From IMG/VR virus record IMGVR_UViG_3300021400_000126, positions 69,307 to 133,306 of that record: a DNA stretch of 64,000 nucleotides. One strand, 5' to 3'. Each line of letters begins with the position of its first letter. Positions within the stretch are counted from its first letter, which is position 1. Origin of the DNA: a virus (lineage: Duplodnaviria > Caudoviricetes). Positions 12,546 through 24,721 of this stretch are shown here, one piece after another. The notes beneath the pieces were generated by a model. It was not told where the DNA came from, did no database searches, and saw only the letters and a program-made list of their open reading frames with translations. A program made the position numbers and the translations under genes.

Positions 12546-15131
12546 TTATAATGTTGTTCTTTTATACAACACTCTAAGGTTGACAGTTATTTTGGCTTGT
12601 GAAGATGCAAAATTTCTTACGGTAGCATTTAGTGTAGTTGAACCCCAATAATTTGTCACAACACAAGAAGATGAATTCGCACCAGAAGTTGTGCCTTCGG
12701 TATCTATTTTCCATCCAACTATTGCAACAAAAGAGAATCCTGTCGGTGCTGTAGCAGTTATTGTAACAGGAGATAAACTGGTGTTAGCACCAATAGAAAC
12801 ATTGGTTTTTTTAAACTCTACAACTCTTACCATGTCTAGAATATTGCTAAGACCTAATGCCTATCGCCAAGCTGGTTTGGATGAAACTCTAACAATATTA
12901 TTTCCATCCTAATCAATTAATAAACGAAGATCGTTATAATAATTACTATTATTTACATTTCTATAACCTTGTAGTGTAATTCCTTGTTCACTAGTTTCAG
13001 AACCGCCTTCTCCTACTGGTCTAACATGATAAGCAATTCCACCCATCCTATTACCGTCCTTATCTCCTAAAAACAGCGCAAAAGGATTTCTAGAATTAGT
13101 GTATGCAAAATCATTTATTGATAATTGAGGGCAACTAATATAAATACCTCCTGTGGAATTGGGAATTCTAATTAAACTAGACCTGTGCTAGTTATCTGTT
13201 CCATTTCCAATTACAAAGGCATAGTCACCTGAATCAAAATAAACGTCAGGGCCGCCAACTGCTAAATCATCTGCACAATATACCTAATCTCCGCAGAATA
13301 ATCCAGTTGCATTTAATGACACTCCATTATAACTGCCTATAATCGTAGTCTCTGGTCTTGATTTTAATATACCATTAGTAGTAATACAATTTAAATCTAC
13401 TCCATTTGCATTGCCTTCCCAATCTACTGCAAAAATATTATTATCACTATTTCTTTCTTTTAATTGAAAAGCATAATTTTCATCTGCTTTTAATACTTGT
13501 GCGCATTCAGATTTTACATATCCCGCAGTTGCAATTTGGTTAGAAACTGTACCATTTGGGGTTGTAGAAGTAGGAATTCCAGTTAGAGATGGAGAATTTA
13601 TATTGGCTTTTGTATTTATATTTGTTTCAACAGTTAAAAGCCGTTCATTTAAATTTTTAATAACTAATCCATCAAAAGAATTAATTACCCAACCATCTTT
13701 AGTATTATTATCATATTTTATATATGTAAAAATCTTTAGTCCTGGTCCCCATTGATAATATGGAGTAGTATCTGTTATTACTGAAAAACTATTTGGTCCA
13801 TTTTGATACAAAATATCTTTTTCTAAAGAAGTCCCATTAATAGTTAAAGTGGGTGAAACTACATTATTTCCCTATGTAAAATAAATTAATATAGTGGCTT
13901 TTTCCGCAATATGATTTCCTAATTCTGTTCTTTCAATTAAACCACCATAATTATTTTCTGTATTATTTAAATTAATAATTTTTTCACTTGTTGTATTTAA
14001 AGTTTCACAAGTTCCTGTCCAAAGTTTTTGAATATTATTAATTGTATCTGTTGGAGCTATCCAAGGTACATTAACACTTAATTGATTTGCAGAATCAAAA
14101 ACTACAGGATATTGTCTATTAAGCATAGTAGAAGGTGGGTCAATGGAACTTAAATTAGTTTTAGTTGTAGTTTGTAAATTACTTTTAGTTAATTGATTTT
14201 CAACTTGTCCCTTTACAAAAGCGGTTGTTGCAATTCTTGTAGAATTATCTGTGGCTGCTGGGGTTGTTGAAAGAGGAGTTCCTGAAAAAGCTGGTGAAGC
14301 AAGATTCGCTTTTTTATTATTTAAATATGAGATTATTGAATAATCTATATTTGATAATAACCAACAGTTATTATTAGCTTTATAAACAAAAAATTTTAAT
14401 CCAGACCCAAATTTATAAAAAGGCTCTGTAGTAGTAATAAGTTGTATGTCCCCGCTCTAATTTAAAAATCCAATAGAATATTCTATATTATTAATTTTTA
14501 TCTTGGGAGCTTGTGCAGTATTTTTTTCTTTAAAATAAATTGCAAGAATTTCATTACCAGTTAAAGAACTTGGAAAATTTTCATTATTATCTAAAATAAT
14601 TGTTTTAATCTGGGTGGCGGCGGTATCTTCACAGGTACCAGTCCAAATGTTTTCAATTGATGATGAAAAAATAGTGTCTGTATCTGTCCAAGGAACATTA
14701 ACACTTAAATTCCCTGCCGCATCAAAAGTTACAGGATATTGTCTGCCATTTACACTTGTTGAAGCACTTGAAGTAAGGCTTGATAGCGCATCTGTTTTTA
14801 AATTATCTTTTGTTAATTGATTTGCAATCTGATTTTTTACAAAAGCAGTCGTTGCAATATTGGTAGAATTATCCGTTGCCGCAGGAGTAACAGATTTAGG
14901 AGTTCCTGTAAAAGTTGGTGAATTAATATTTGCCTTATTCTTAATTTGAGTCTGAAGAGGAATAATATTTTGGTTACTATCTTTTACAGAATCAATATCA
15001 CCAATAATATGCTGTTTTAAATTTAAGTCTAAATTACTGTTCCAGTAGACATTTTGAGCTAATGCGGTAATTGGTATTTCATCATAACCACCGCTTGCAT
15101 TTTTTACCTTTATGGCAACAATTTTATCCAT
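12546..15131 (-). CDS. tail fibre protein (~861 aa, in-frame TAG)
   Basis: four track fragments in one frame; three KANxxSPxxxGxP...IAT repeats; duplicated RQYPVxFD..LSVNVPW..WTGTCE module. Confidence 0.8.
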
Positions 15132-15203
15132 AAATATCTACCTTTCTTTTAAAAATATTTATGTAAACTAAAATTTTAATAATTTTAGTAATTTTCTTCT
15201 TTA

Positions 15204-15518
15204 TTATAAATTTTCTAATTTTGTAAAAATTTTATTTGTAATATAAATAATTTCATCTCCATAGGTAGAAATCAAATCAGCTACTAACTACTATTGCTAG
15301 ATACTGAGATTTACATTATACGAAAACATTGCGGCGTGTGTAATTTCATGACAAAGAACTTTTTTTAATAAGTCTCCCTTTAAATTTTCGTTTATATAAA
15401 TAGTTCTTGTCAAATTATCACACGCTCCTATGGAAAATTCCCCAGATATCCTCTGTAAAAGAGGGAAATCTGGGGAGACAAAAGCAAGTTTCCAATAAAC
15501 TTTATTTATTAAAAACAT
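15204..15518 (-). CDS. small zincin metallopeptidase-like protein (104 aa, 3 TAG)
   Basis: IYIN..LCHEITHA followed by LSI*Q**LVADLI; TAA 15204-15206. Confidence 0.75.
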
Positions 15519-16159
15519 TAAGCAATTTTATTTGCCAACATTGTCATCTTTTGATGTAATGTGGCTCTTTCTTCGGGAGACGCATCTTTTATCATTTCGG
15601 TAATATCAGAAGAAAGCTCTTGAAGATATGCTTCTAATTCTTTTAACTGAGTATTAGAATCATAATTCATTTCTTTTCCTTCCATGTACATGCGGCGGCG
15701 CATAGGTGATCTACCCTAACGCGGGTCTCTCATAATATTTCCCATGTCAGAATACATCATTGTACTAGTTCTTCCCATTGTCATAGGCTCTTCATAGCCG
15801 CGAGTTCCATTCCCGCTAGATCCTGAACTTGAACCAGAAGAAGAACTACCGCCAGGATAATACATATACCCATTAGAACGTTCCATCTCTCTATAATCTG
15901 GATAATACATTCTAGGAGTGTAGTAAGATGGAGATCCACCGCCATAGTAATTTATGTTAGTTTCTCCGCCCTTATTGCTTTCTTCACTTTTTTCCATCGA
16001 CTAAGTAATTGTACAATAATAAATTGCTTCTGCAAGATCCTTTATCATATCAATTGCTTCGCCCAACTAATGAGCATCAACTTTTGAAATATCACCAAGT
16101 TGACCTTGAACACAACTCATTAATTGTTCTTTCATCATTTTTAAAGATTCTGTTGCCAT
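15518..16159 (-). CDS. Tyr/Met/Ser/Gly-rich cassette protein (213 aa, 3 TAG)
   Basis: joins fragments 15716..15997 and 15518..15703 with upstream MATESLKMMKEQ; GGAGG RBS. Confidence 0.8.
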
Positions 16160-16172
16160 ATCCTTTTCCTCC

Positions 16173-16628
16173 TTATGCTATTCTCTTGACATTTAATAAA
16201 GCCTCACGTCTTATTTGAATAGACGGAGTAGGTGTTGTAGTAGGATCATCTTCTGTTCCATCTACATACGCACCAGATACGGTTACACAACATCCACACG
16301 GCACTGTAATAAAAGCTGTAGTGTTTACATGCCAATATTCTTCAGCGGCCGCAGGCGTAACAATAGCAACGCTCTCTGGAATAACTGTTCCATTAAGGGT
16401 TATTCCTAAAGCAATTGGAGTTACCGCCCCTCCTTCGGGAATTTGAATATTACCTTGAAGAGTAACTTCATATCTTGAAAAACGATTGGAAGTATTGCCA
16501 TTTAAGTTAAGAACTCCAGGAACAAGAGGAACAACATTTCCCTTGTTGCACGGAATAGAAACACTATTAAAAGGAATTGTTCCATTTAATGCCACTAATG
16601 CATCAGTGGTTGTTACATAACTTGCCAT
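16173..16628 (-). CDS. beta-sandwich protein, BclA C-terminal/C1q-like, Cys-rich
   Basis: IPFN, YEVTLQGN, VPCGCC motifs; GGAGG RBS. Confidence 0.6.
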   Translation of the reverse strand: MASYVTTTDALVALNGTIPFNSVSIPCNKGNVVPLVPGVLNLNGNTSNRFSRYEVTLQGNIQIPEGGAVTPIALGITLNGTVIPESVAIVTPAAAEEYWHVNTTAFITVPCGCCVTVSGAYVDGTEDDPTTTPTPSIQIRREALLNVKRIA

Positions 16629-16642
16629 AACAATCCTCCTTA

Positions 16643-17476
16643 TTAATTATAAAATCCGTTACCATTGCATCCACAGCCGCCATTTTGTCCACAGGTAAAG
16701 ATAGGCTGTCTTCCATAAACTGGAATAGAAGGAACCGGACAATTACTTAATCTATTGTAAAGAGCATCAACTTCATTAGTAAGTCCTGCTTGAATAAAAG
16801 CGTTCTGAGCACTCTGACTTTCACGAAGAGTAGCCATATTAAGTTGTGTTTGCAAATTAGCATTTTCAGTTTTAAGAGCATCAATTTCTTGTTGACAAAG
16901 TTTGTCAAGAATAGCTTGAGTATTTGCGGTGTTAGAGGCGATTACATCTCTTAACGCATCAGAAACTGCATTTCTATCAGCGCAAGCCTCAGTTGCTACA
17001 GTGTATTTTAAATCAGCAACTGCCGCCCTATTGTCACAACAGCACTGTTGAAGTGCAGATTGGATACTAAAGTTCTGTTGCATATCAGCCATTTGTCTTG
17101 CATTATTAGCAATTTCAGCCTGTGCAAAACCATTAGCTACAGCACCATTTACATCTGCAAATCCATTACAAAGAGATTGTTGAACCCCAGCAAAACCATT
17201 GCAAAGATTAGTAGAAATATTAGTAATACCGCTTGTGAGTGCGGCCTGGTCAAAACCTCTTTGAACATCAGAAGTAATGTAAGTTGCGCCATTGCCTCCT
17301 CCACCATTTCCATTACCGTTCCAGCCGTTGTTTCCCCAACCGCCCATTAAAACAATAATGAATAATAGAATAATCCAAGCACCATCGCCATTAAATCCAC
17401 CAAAACCGCCGCCATTACCATTCCCTGTTGCGGCTGCTATATCTGCTAAAGAATAACCATTATTATTATTAAACAT
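16643..17476 (-). CDS. Gly/Asn-rich membrane protein with CCC motif, coiled coil and Cys-rich tail
   Basis: SLADIAAATG, hydrophobic WIILLFIIVL, QRGFDQ, QQCCCD, CGQNGGCGC. Confidence 0.85.
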   Translation of the reverse strand: MFNNNNGYSLADIAAATGNGNGGGFGGFNGDGAWIILLFIIVLMGGWGNNGWNGNGNGGGGNGATYITSDVQRGFDQAALTSGITNISTNLCNGFAGVQQSLCNGFADVNGAVANGFAQAEIANNARQMADMQQNFSIQSALQQCCCDNRAAVADLKYTVATEACADRNAVSDALRDVIASNTANTQAILDKLCQQEIDALKTENANLQTQLNMATLRESQSAQNAFIQAGLTNEVDALYNRLSNCPVPSIPVYGRQPIFTCGQNGGCGCNGNGFYN

Positions 17477-17539
17477 TTATTTTCCTCTCTCTTTCTCAAA
17501 AAATAAAAATAATAATTATTTTAAAAACAAACAACTTAA

Positions 17540-17776
17540 TTAATAAAGTTGATTTTTAAAATTTGCAAACTACTTATCAAAATCTAATCCTCTTTGTTCA
17601 GCTAAATTCCGTGCCAAATTTTCTAAAGCTGAGTTATTTCCATTTTTTGCTAAATTTACCGCATTATTTAGAATAGGATTATTTAATTGATTTTTTTGTA
17701 GGATACTCATAACAAGTTGTTGAGGGTTAAAACCTCCTTTTATCAACTGAATTAATTGCATTGGATTTACGTTCAT
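17540..17776 (-). CDS. small Asn/Gln-rich helical protein (78 aa)
   Basis: NPMQ/NPQQ repeats; read-through RGLDFDK*FANFK to TAA 17540. Confidence 0.75.
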
Positions 17777-17789
17777 AATTTTTCACCCC

Positions 17790-18308
17790 TTAAAGACCAA
17801 TTATAGTTTTTTCTTGCTGACCCTTCACAATATTTTGCTATTGTGACAGTGGTCCATTTGTATTAATATTTGTTGTCTTATTGGGCTGTTGTTGAATAGA
17901 TAACATCAATGCCTAAATTACTTTATTAAATTCTTCTTTTGTGACATATTCAGCCGATTCATATGGACTCTCATCTTTTGTTAAAACATAAGTTTTAAAA
18001 GCTGCTGTCCCATCGTTATTAACTTGTTTTGTGTAAATTCTTCCATTGCCAACATCGGTAAATACCCAAAGAGAACCATCTAAATCAATTTGAAATGCTC
18101 TAGCTTCTTCTCTTGAAGAAACTGGTCTACATTTTAAAAATTGATTATTCATAAGATTTTGAGAATTATTCATTCTATTCATATAATTATCATATGAATT
18201 ATTATTCAATAACATGCTATTGTTCCCATATGGGAATTGCGCTTGCGGCTGCCCCATTAAATTAGGCGACTGCTGCATACCAATGTTAGGATTATTGTAA
18301 TTTGCCAT
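17790..18308 (-). CDS. N/Q/M-rich cassette protein (172 aa, 2 TAG)
   Basis: low-complexity N-terminus; RPVSSREEA..DG...IYTKQ..YVTKEEF; read-through to TAA 17790. Confidence 0.75.
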
Positions 18309-18399
18309 TACTCTTCTCCTTTACATACCTTAAATAAGGACTTTTTATTACTTTACATTTTTCGCGAAAATGAAGAAATAAAATTATATTTTTTATCTC

Positions 18400-18446
18400 T
18401 CACATATATATTAAAAATTCTTTAAATAAAATAATCGTTTTTGACC
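18400..18446 (-). promoter_or_regulatory. putative late-promoter motif
   Basis: GGTCAA (18446-18441)...ATTTTTAATATA. Confidence 0.5.
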
Positions 18447-18463
18447 AAACTTTCTAAAATAAA

Positions 18464-18502
18464 AAATAAGGTTTAGAAAACCAATATCTTCTAAACCTTA
18501 TT
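18464..18502 (-). terminator. terminator after RuvC-like gene
   Basis: AATAAGGTTTAGAA...TTCTAAACCTTATT inverted repeat with T-run on the minus strand. Confidence 0.7.
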
Positions 18503-18989
18503 ATTCCCAATTTATTTCATTATCAAATTTTTCAATATATGCATCAAAAATGCATATTGCATCAGCTTCATCATCATTGACAATTAAATTATATTTATCT
18601 TTAACATATTTTTTATCTTGCGGTTTTAGCTACTGGCGCTTTATACCGCGTCCTTGTTTTATTTTAAGGGCTGCCCGCCACTCACTTGCACTAATAAAAT
18701 CATACTATATTTTAGGATTAATTTCATAAATAGCTACTACAATAACTGCTTGTAACCACATTAAGACTTTATTAGTATGAGAGTTATACTATGGTCGGAC
18801 TTCTTCCATAACAACTTTATTAATCTAGTTCTAACGAATAATCTTACCTAGCTAATCCCGCATTTTTATAATACGTTTAACTACATCTTTTGAACTAGCT
18901 GTTATGCATCCATGTTTTTTAAGCTATCCATCCTAACCAATAGCATAACCAGAGGAGCGGGTAGATAAATCTAATGTTAAAATTCTCAT
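18501..18989 (-). CDS. RuvC-like Holliday junction resolvase (162 aa, ~7 TAG)
   Basis: absent from the track. MRILTLDLSTRSSGYA, VVMEE, ASEWR, NDDEADAICI. Confidence 0.85.
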
Positions 18990-19014
18990 ATACTCATCAC
19001 CTCTTTATGAGCAT

Positions 19015-19043
19015 ATTATAATAAAAATTTTTCATATTGTCAA
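19015..19043 (-). promoter_or_regulatory. sigmaA-type promoter
   Basis: TTGACA-17-TATAAT on the minus strand upstream of the resolvase. Confidence 0.75.
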
Positions 19044-19048
19044 ATTAA

Positions 19049-19309
19049 TCATTGCTCTTCTTCTACTATTCCTTCAACTTGTTCTGGTTGAGATTGTTGA
19101 ATTTGCTGTTGCATTTCTTGTTCTCTTTGTCTTTTTTTATTATATATATCATCATCAATTTTTCTTTTTTGATTTTTTACATCTTCCCAAATTTCTTTTA
19201 TAATAAAATATTTTACTAAAAAAGGAAGATTTCTTTCATTATTTACTGTATTTATAATTTCTTGTTGAAAATCAAAACAACTTTCTTCAAATGTTTTCTC
19301 TGTATTCAT
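19049..19309 (-). CDS. hypothetical protein
   Basis: AGGAG RBS, 86 aa, operonic. Confidence 0.65.
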   Translation of the reverse strand: MNTEKTFEESCFDFQQEIINTVNNERNLPFLVKYFIIKEIWEDVKNQKRKIDDDIYNKKRQREQEMQQQIQQSQPEQVEGIVEEEQ

Positions 19310-19332
19310 ATCATTTTATCTCCTTTTATTTT

Positions 19333-22300
19333 TTATTTCCATTTTAAACCTGTTACAGTACTATTATGAGAATAGCCATTAATATCTACGCTTGTTCCTT
19401 TTATACTTCCAGAAAGTCCATTTTCTGATATAACAACATTTGATAATAATGAAGCAGATTGTAAATAATTTTGTAAGTATGCTTTATTAACTATCTTTTT
19501 TAAAAAGCTCTCATTAACATAATTATCAATAATTGTTTTAATATAATCAACTAAAGGATAGTAATCTGTTTTTTTACCTTTCTTAAATTGTATTTGTGGT
19601 TTTTCTTTAAATTTAACTTCATTAATAAAAGTTCCTATATTTGCATTTTTTGCTATTATTTTAGGGGTCTAAAAAGTCCCATTAATAACAGCCAATATAT
19701 CTGGACTTCCTAAATAAACTGCACCAATTTTATCTTTTGTTTTATAACCAATTGAAGCTGTTTGATTCCCATTTGGTCCAAATTGAATTCTCGCTTTATC
19801 ATTAAAAGAATATATTACTGGTTGTTTCTATGTTTTACCTTCTGTGCGCCAAGGAAGAATTTGCCATCCATTTGAATTTTTTCTTCCTACATATATCCCA
19901 TGTCCAAAAGATGCTTTTCCATTGACTATTTCCCAATAATCTGAAGAATTTGTTTTTGATGAGTCTATTACAGAAAGGTCCATTCCATAAACATTTCCAT
20001 TAGCATAAAGACGAATACTATTTCCTTCTGTATTTCCTTCAAAAACCTTCGTTTTATTTTTATCTTTTCCTATTTTCCAAGGACCAAATATACCTTGATT
20101 AAAGGTAGCATTTCCTTTTCCATCAACTCTCCATCCAGAACCTGGTTCATACCCTTTTGATTGAATTGAGCCATCTGAATTAATTTTAATATAACTAATA
20201 ATAGTAGAACCTACTTGAATATAAGGAATTGTTTTGGAATCTGTTGATCCTGCATAAAGAGTAATCATATCATTCTGTGATTTTAAAGAACTACCTCTAA
20301 TTTTCCAACCACCAATACTTCCACTGTCAGCAGTAACTGTTCCTCTTATCGTAGCATTATTAAACTCTGCCTCTCCTTTTCCAGTAATTTGCCATCCTCG
20401 TGTATCTGCTTTATAATTGCCACCACTTATAGTCCCTGTACTATTTATGATAATGTTATTTGCAGATAATGTTGTAGAACCAATTGTCCATCCACCAATT
20501 TCACCACTATAAGCTCTTAAAGATCCTTGAGCAGTAACAGAAAAACGTTCTCCTAATGAAATACCATCTGTTCCTAAATAAACTTTTGCTGAATTTTTTG
20601 TTGTACTATCTGCTGTATTAACCTTAGTTTCTCCACCATATGCTATATATGCTCTACTGGTGTCTCCATCTATAGTCCAATGGTACTTATTTTTATTATT
20701 AACAGCACCAGGCCCTACTGTTACAACACCAGTATTAGAAATTTTTATTTTACTACCAATAGATAATCCTTGTTCAGAAAGGAAAAAACCATTATTTGAA
20801 TTATCTATTGAACTATGACTATTAGAATAAATAGAACCGTTATTTCTTAAAGTAATATTTCCTATTTTACTTGTTAAAGAATTATCTCCAATATTCCAAC
20901 CAGCAATAGAGCCTCCACCTTTTGCGGTTAAATGCCCTTTATCATCAACATTAAATTTTCCACTACCAAAATTAATAGATGGATCAGATAAATTAATTAA
21001 CATACCTGTTCCATTTTTTGTGCTATAATTTCCACCATAAATTAACGCTTCTTGATCCTTAGTTGGATCTATTACAATTTGTCCAGCTCCACTTTTTCCA
21101 AATCTTGCGGAACCATTGTCACTATTTAAAAATATAGTTCTTTCTCCGTGATAATAACCAAAAAGCCCCATCTAAGTAGTATTTGAAGCGGGGTTTTTAA
21201 CTCCACCCATTAAAACACCAGAAAAACCATTATCACTCTATTTTTTTCCTGCTCCAACTTGCGGTGATAAAATAAAACCTTTATCCTTATCTATTTGAAT
21301 ATTATTTCCATCCCACTAATTAATATTTGCTAAACCATATTTATTTAATAAAAAATGAACAGGAATATTAATTTTTCCTATTATAATATCTTTTTGTGTT
21401 AAAATATCTTTTTGTGTTAAAACACAAACTATAGCATTATTAACAGACAATCCATCATAAATAGATTTAGGTTTAAAACTTTTTTGATTAGGTTTTAAAT
21501 TATTTTTTTTCTCAATCTAAAACATATTAGAGGGAACTATTATTTCATATTTATTTTGTGAATTTTTATTTCTATAAGAACCAACAAAAGAAAAACTATA
21601 ATCAATTTTATATTCTTTTGTAAACTAAGAAATATTAATTCTTTTATCACTTTTATTGTCAATTAATTGTGTGCAAATAATTTCAAAAGGATTGGTTGAA
21701 TCATATTTTGGAAATTTTCCACCACTATCATATAACACATATCTAAAACCAGTGTAATCTTTTAATTTTACTCTATAATCATCATTCCTTACCCATGCAG
21801 TAATTATAGGGATTGTTCCATAATAAATTTTATTCTATAATTTTAAACTGCATTTTATAATATTAGCAAAAGATTGCGATTCATTAAAACTTTTAAAATA
21901 ATTATTCTGTAATTTAAAAAATCCTTTAGAAGAATCATTTAAAATAAACATTGATTCATCTTTTTTATCACTTGAATATTCATTTTGTAAAATTTCCCAT
22001 TTTACTTCTGTTGGAATAATTTGATTCTTTTGACCTTTCTTATCACTCCAAACAATCTGCCCATTATTCCATAACTAAATATTAAAAAATTTGTATGCAG
22101 ATTTTAAATTTAAGATATTCTATGAATTACTATTATTCAATCCATAATTTAATAAGTAACCCTCATCAGTTGTTCCTATTTTTGTTATCATAGGATATAA
22201 AGGTGGTGTACTTGTATTAGTATTAGGAACCAATTTTATTACATACTAAGTTCCATTAGTTCCAGGCTATCCTGTTTTTACAAAAGTAAAATTAGTAGTT

Positions 22301-24387
22301 GCATTTAGCTTTATATTTTTATATTTAATAAAAAGTTTAATTTGATTTCTTTGCTTATCGACATAATAATTATTAGAAATTTGATAAATAATATTAGTTT
22401 TATTATAATAATATTTATAATTTCCTGTAGAATCTTTTTTTGGTTCTACTGTTGGATTAATTCTATTATCTAAACTATCTTCTAATAAAGTATCTTTTGC
22501 GGGAAACTACCATCTTATTGTACAATTTTTATCTTTTGCTATAATGTCTGAATCAATAGCGTTTCCTAAATTATCAAAAACAGTAAAACTTAATGATTGA
22601 ATCTATTGAGGATTTTCTAAACTTTTACTGGTAGGAGAAGTCCCATTTTCATTATATTGATATGTTACAGTTCCATTATTTATAACAAGAGAATATTCAC
22701 CTTCTTTTTCTAGTTTATTAGTTAAAGTAATCGCCGCGGTGCCTAAATATAAATCTTGATTATAAACAGAACATTTAAAAGTGCCTCTAGAAATAATTCT
22801 ATTTATTTGCACATCATATATTTTATTTTTTTCAACTCTTTGGATATATCTAAAATTTTTAAGTTTATTCTCTAAATCTTTAATTTCTTCTGTTTCTACT
22901 TCAATAAATTTTGTTTCATTTTTAATTGCATTTTGAAGATCTTTTAGTTTATCATTATATTTATTATATAAATCATTTTCCTTAGTTGTACTAGATAATT
23001 CCTAAAAATTATTATTATTTGATTGATATCCCCAATAATAATGATATTCCTACTATTTTCTTTCTTTCCCATCTATTTTGCAAGTTAAAGTTGGATGCCC
23101 ATTATCATAATAAAATTGAGTACCATTACTAGATTCTATTGTGATTTCTGAAGCAGCTAAATTTTCAATATTAATTTCTTTTGTAATAATATTATTATCA
23201 TATAAAATCGCAACTTTAAATTTATTATTTCTTGCAGTAGCTTCTTTTATTTTTACTACATAAATATCATTTTTTGGAATCCATTCAATTACAGGATCCG
23301 TAGTTTCTGTTCCTTTTGAAATTAAATTACTTTCATTTAAACATTTCCATCCTTTTCCAAGATATTTATTATAATATCTATTATTAGCAAAAACACTTGC
23401 ATTTTCACTACCCCAATAAAAATTAATTTTTTGGGTAGAAGAAGCTATTTTTCCTTTTACTTTTACTTGTGCGGTAATAGGAATTTCTGATAATTCATTA
23501 TTATAAAATACAGTTCCTCTTGGGGTATAAAAACTGATAGAAACTCCACTAATTTCATCCTAAGTCATCTTATTCATTCCTGTAAATTCTAAAGAAGAAA
23601 TAAATATATCTGCATCTTCTTCTTCAATAAGAATAGAATTATTAGGACTTTCCTATGCTTCAAGAAAATCTTGACAAAAAATCTCAATAGAATCAATATT
23701 TTCAAAATTCTATCCATCAATATTAAAAATTTCATATTGACGCATTTCTGTAGTTAATCTATATGGATTTCCAATCATACTATCCTAATCTAAAATATAT
23801 GACCTAATAACCTCTTTGTTAGTTTCATTGTCAATAAATTTTAAATTAAATTGGATTCCATAATGTCCTCGAAATTGCTTTTCTGGCTAAATATTTGTTT
23901 TAAAAACCGCGCCAATTAATAAAGATGATGATTTTTTAATATAATTTTCTATTTGAGAATTTATACTAATAAAATTCTTTGAATTTGGATAAATTTTATA
24001 TCTATATTTATCAATTTTAGTATTTAAATATAATGTATTAACTGAATTAATACAATTTGTTCCAACTGTATTATAGGCCTATTCTCCTTCTGCCTGAGAA
24101 ATATAATTAATGCCTAATCTATTTACAGCCCCAATAATTGTTTTTTCTTTACTCATATCATTATCTGGAACAAGTATATACACATAAGATTTTTCATTAT
24201 ATGTTGTATCTACATTATTTGAATAAGCATATATAATTGCATCTTGATAACGACATTTATATTTTCCAATTGTTTCATCTTCACAAGAAATAATTTGAGC
24301 TTGAATTGTTTTATCATAAGCAGCTTTTTTAATTGAATTTTCTGTAAGTAATTCAATTGCATCTAATATTTTACCACTTACACTCAT
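19333..24387 (-). CDS. large tail tip/spike protein (~1684 aa, many TAG)
   Basis: fragments 24079, 22603 and 19828 in frame; GGSIAGWNI/GEIGGWTI/GSIGGWKI beta-helix-like repeats; downstream of the tape measure; TAA 19333. Confidence 0.75.
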
Positions 24388-24414
24388 TTAATAATTCCTC
24401 CTTGTATCTCTTCT

Positions 24415-24501
24415 TCTATATAATATATAGAAAATAATACAAAATAATTATCTAATATTGCCCTTTATATAAATTATAAAATATTTTTTCATTTTTGTCA
24501 A
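24415..24501 (-). promoter_or_regulatory. tandem sigmaA promoter (24501-24473) and late motif (GGGCAA 24463-24458)
   Basis: TTGACA-17-TATAAT followed by GGGCAA-N4-AGATAA...ATTTT. Confidence 0.6.
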
Positions 24502-24650
24502 TCATTTTCTAATATTTTATCATAATAATATCGAGTAACTATAAAAAAATCTTTTTTAGTAATATTTTTTTCTTTTACTAATTTTATCATATCTTTTATA
24601 TTATAAGCACCGTGTTCCCATTTATATTTTATTACATTTATACTCTACAA
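24498..24650 (-). CDS. XkdX-like small protein (50 aa)
   Basis: GGGGAG RBS, TTG start, second codon TAG; IKYKWEHGAY..LVKEKNITKKDFFIVT. Confidence 0.5.
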
Positions 24651-24673
24651 ATACTCCCCTTCTTTCTTTAAAC

Positions 24674-24711
24674 AATAGAAAGAATGAGCAATACCACTCA
24701 TTCTTTCTATT
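24674..24711 (-). terminator. hairpin after tape measure gene
   Basis: AATAGAAAGAATGAG-CAATACCA-CTCATTCTTTCTATT. Confidence 0.65.
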
Positions 24712-24721
24712 ATAAATATTT

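Noticed and set aside
12841-12852. Third crossover site (CTTAGCAAT, Leu-Ser-Asn) before the main fibre's last domain
   Set aside because: Only 6 contiguous bases match the 11-bp repeat; could be chance
21385-21422. 18-bp tandem duplication (LTQKDI x2) in the tail tip gene
   Set aside because: In-frame local slippage with no sign of function
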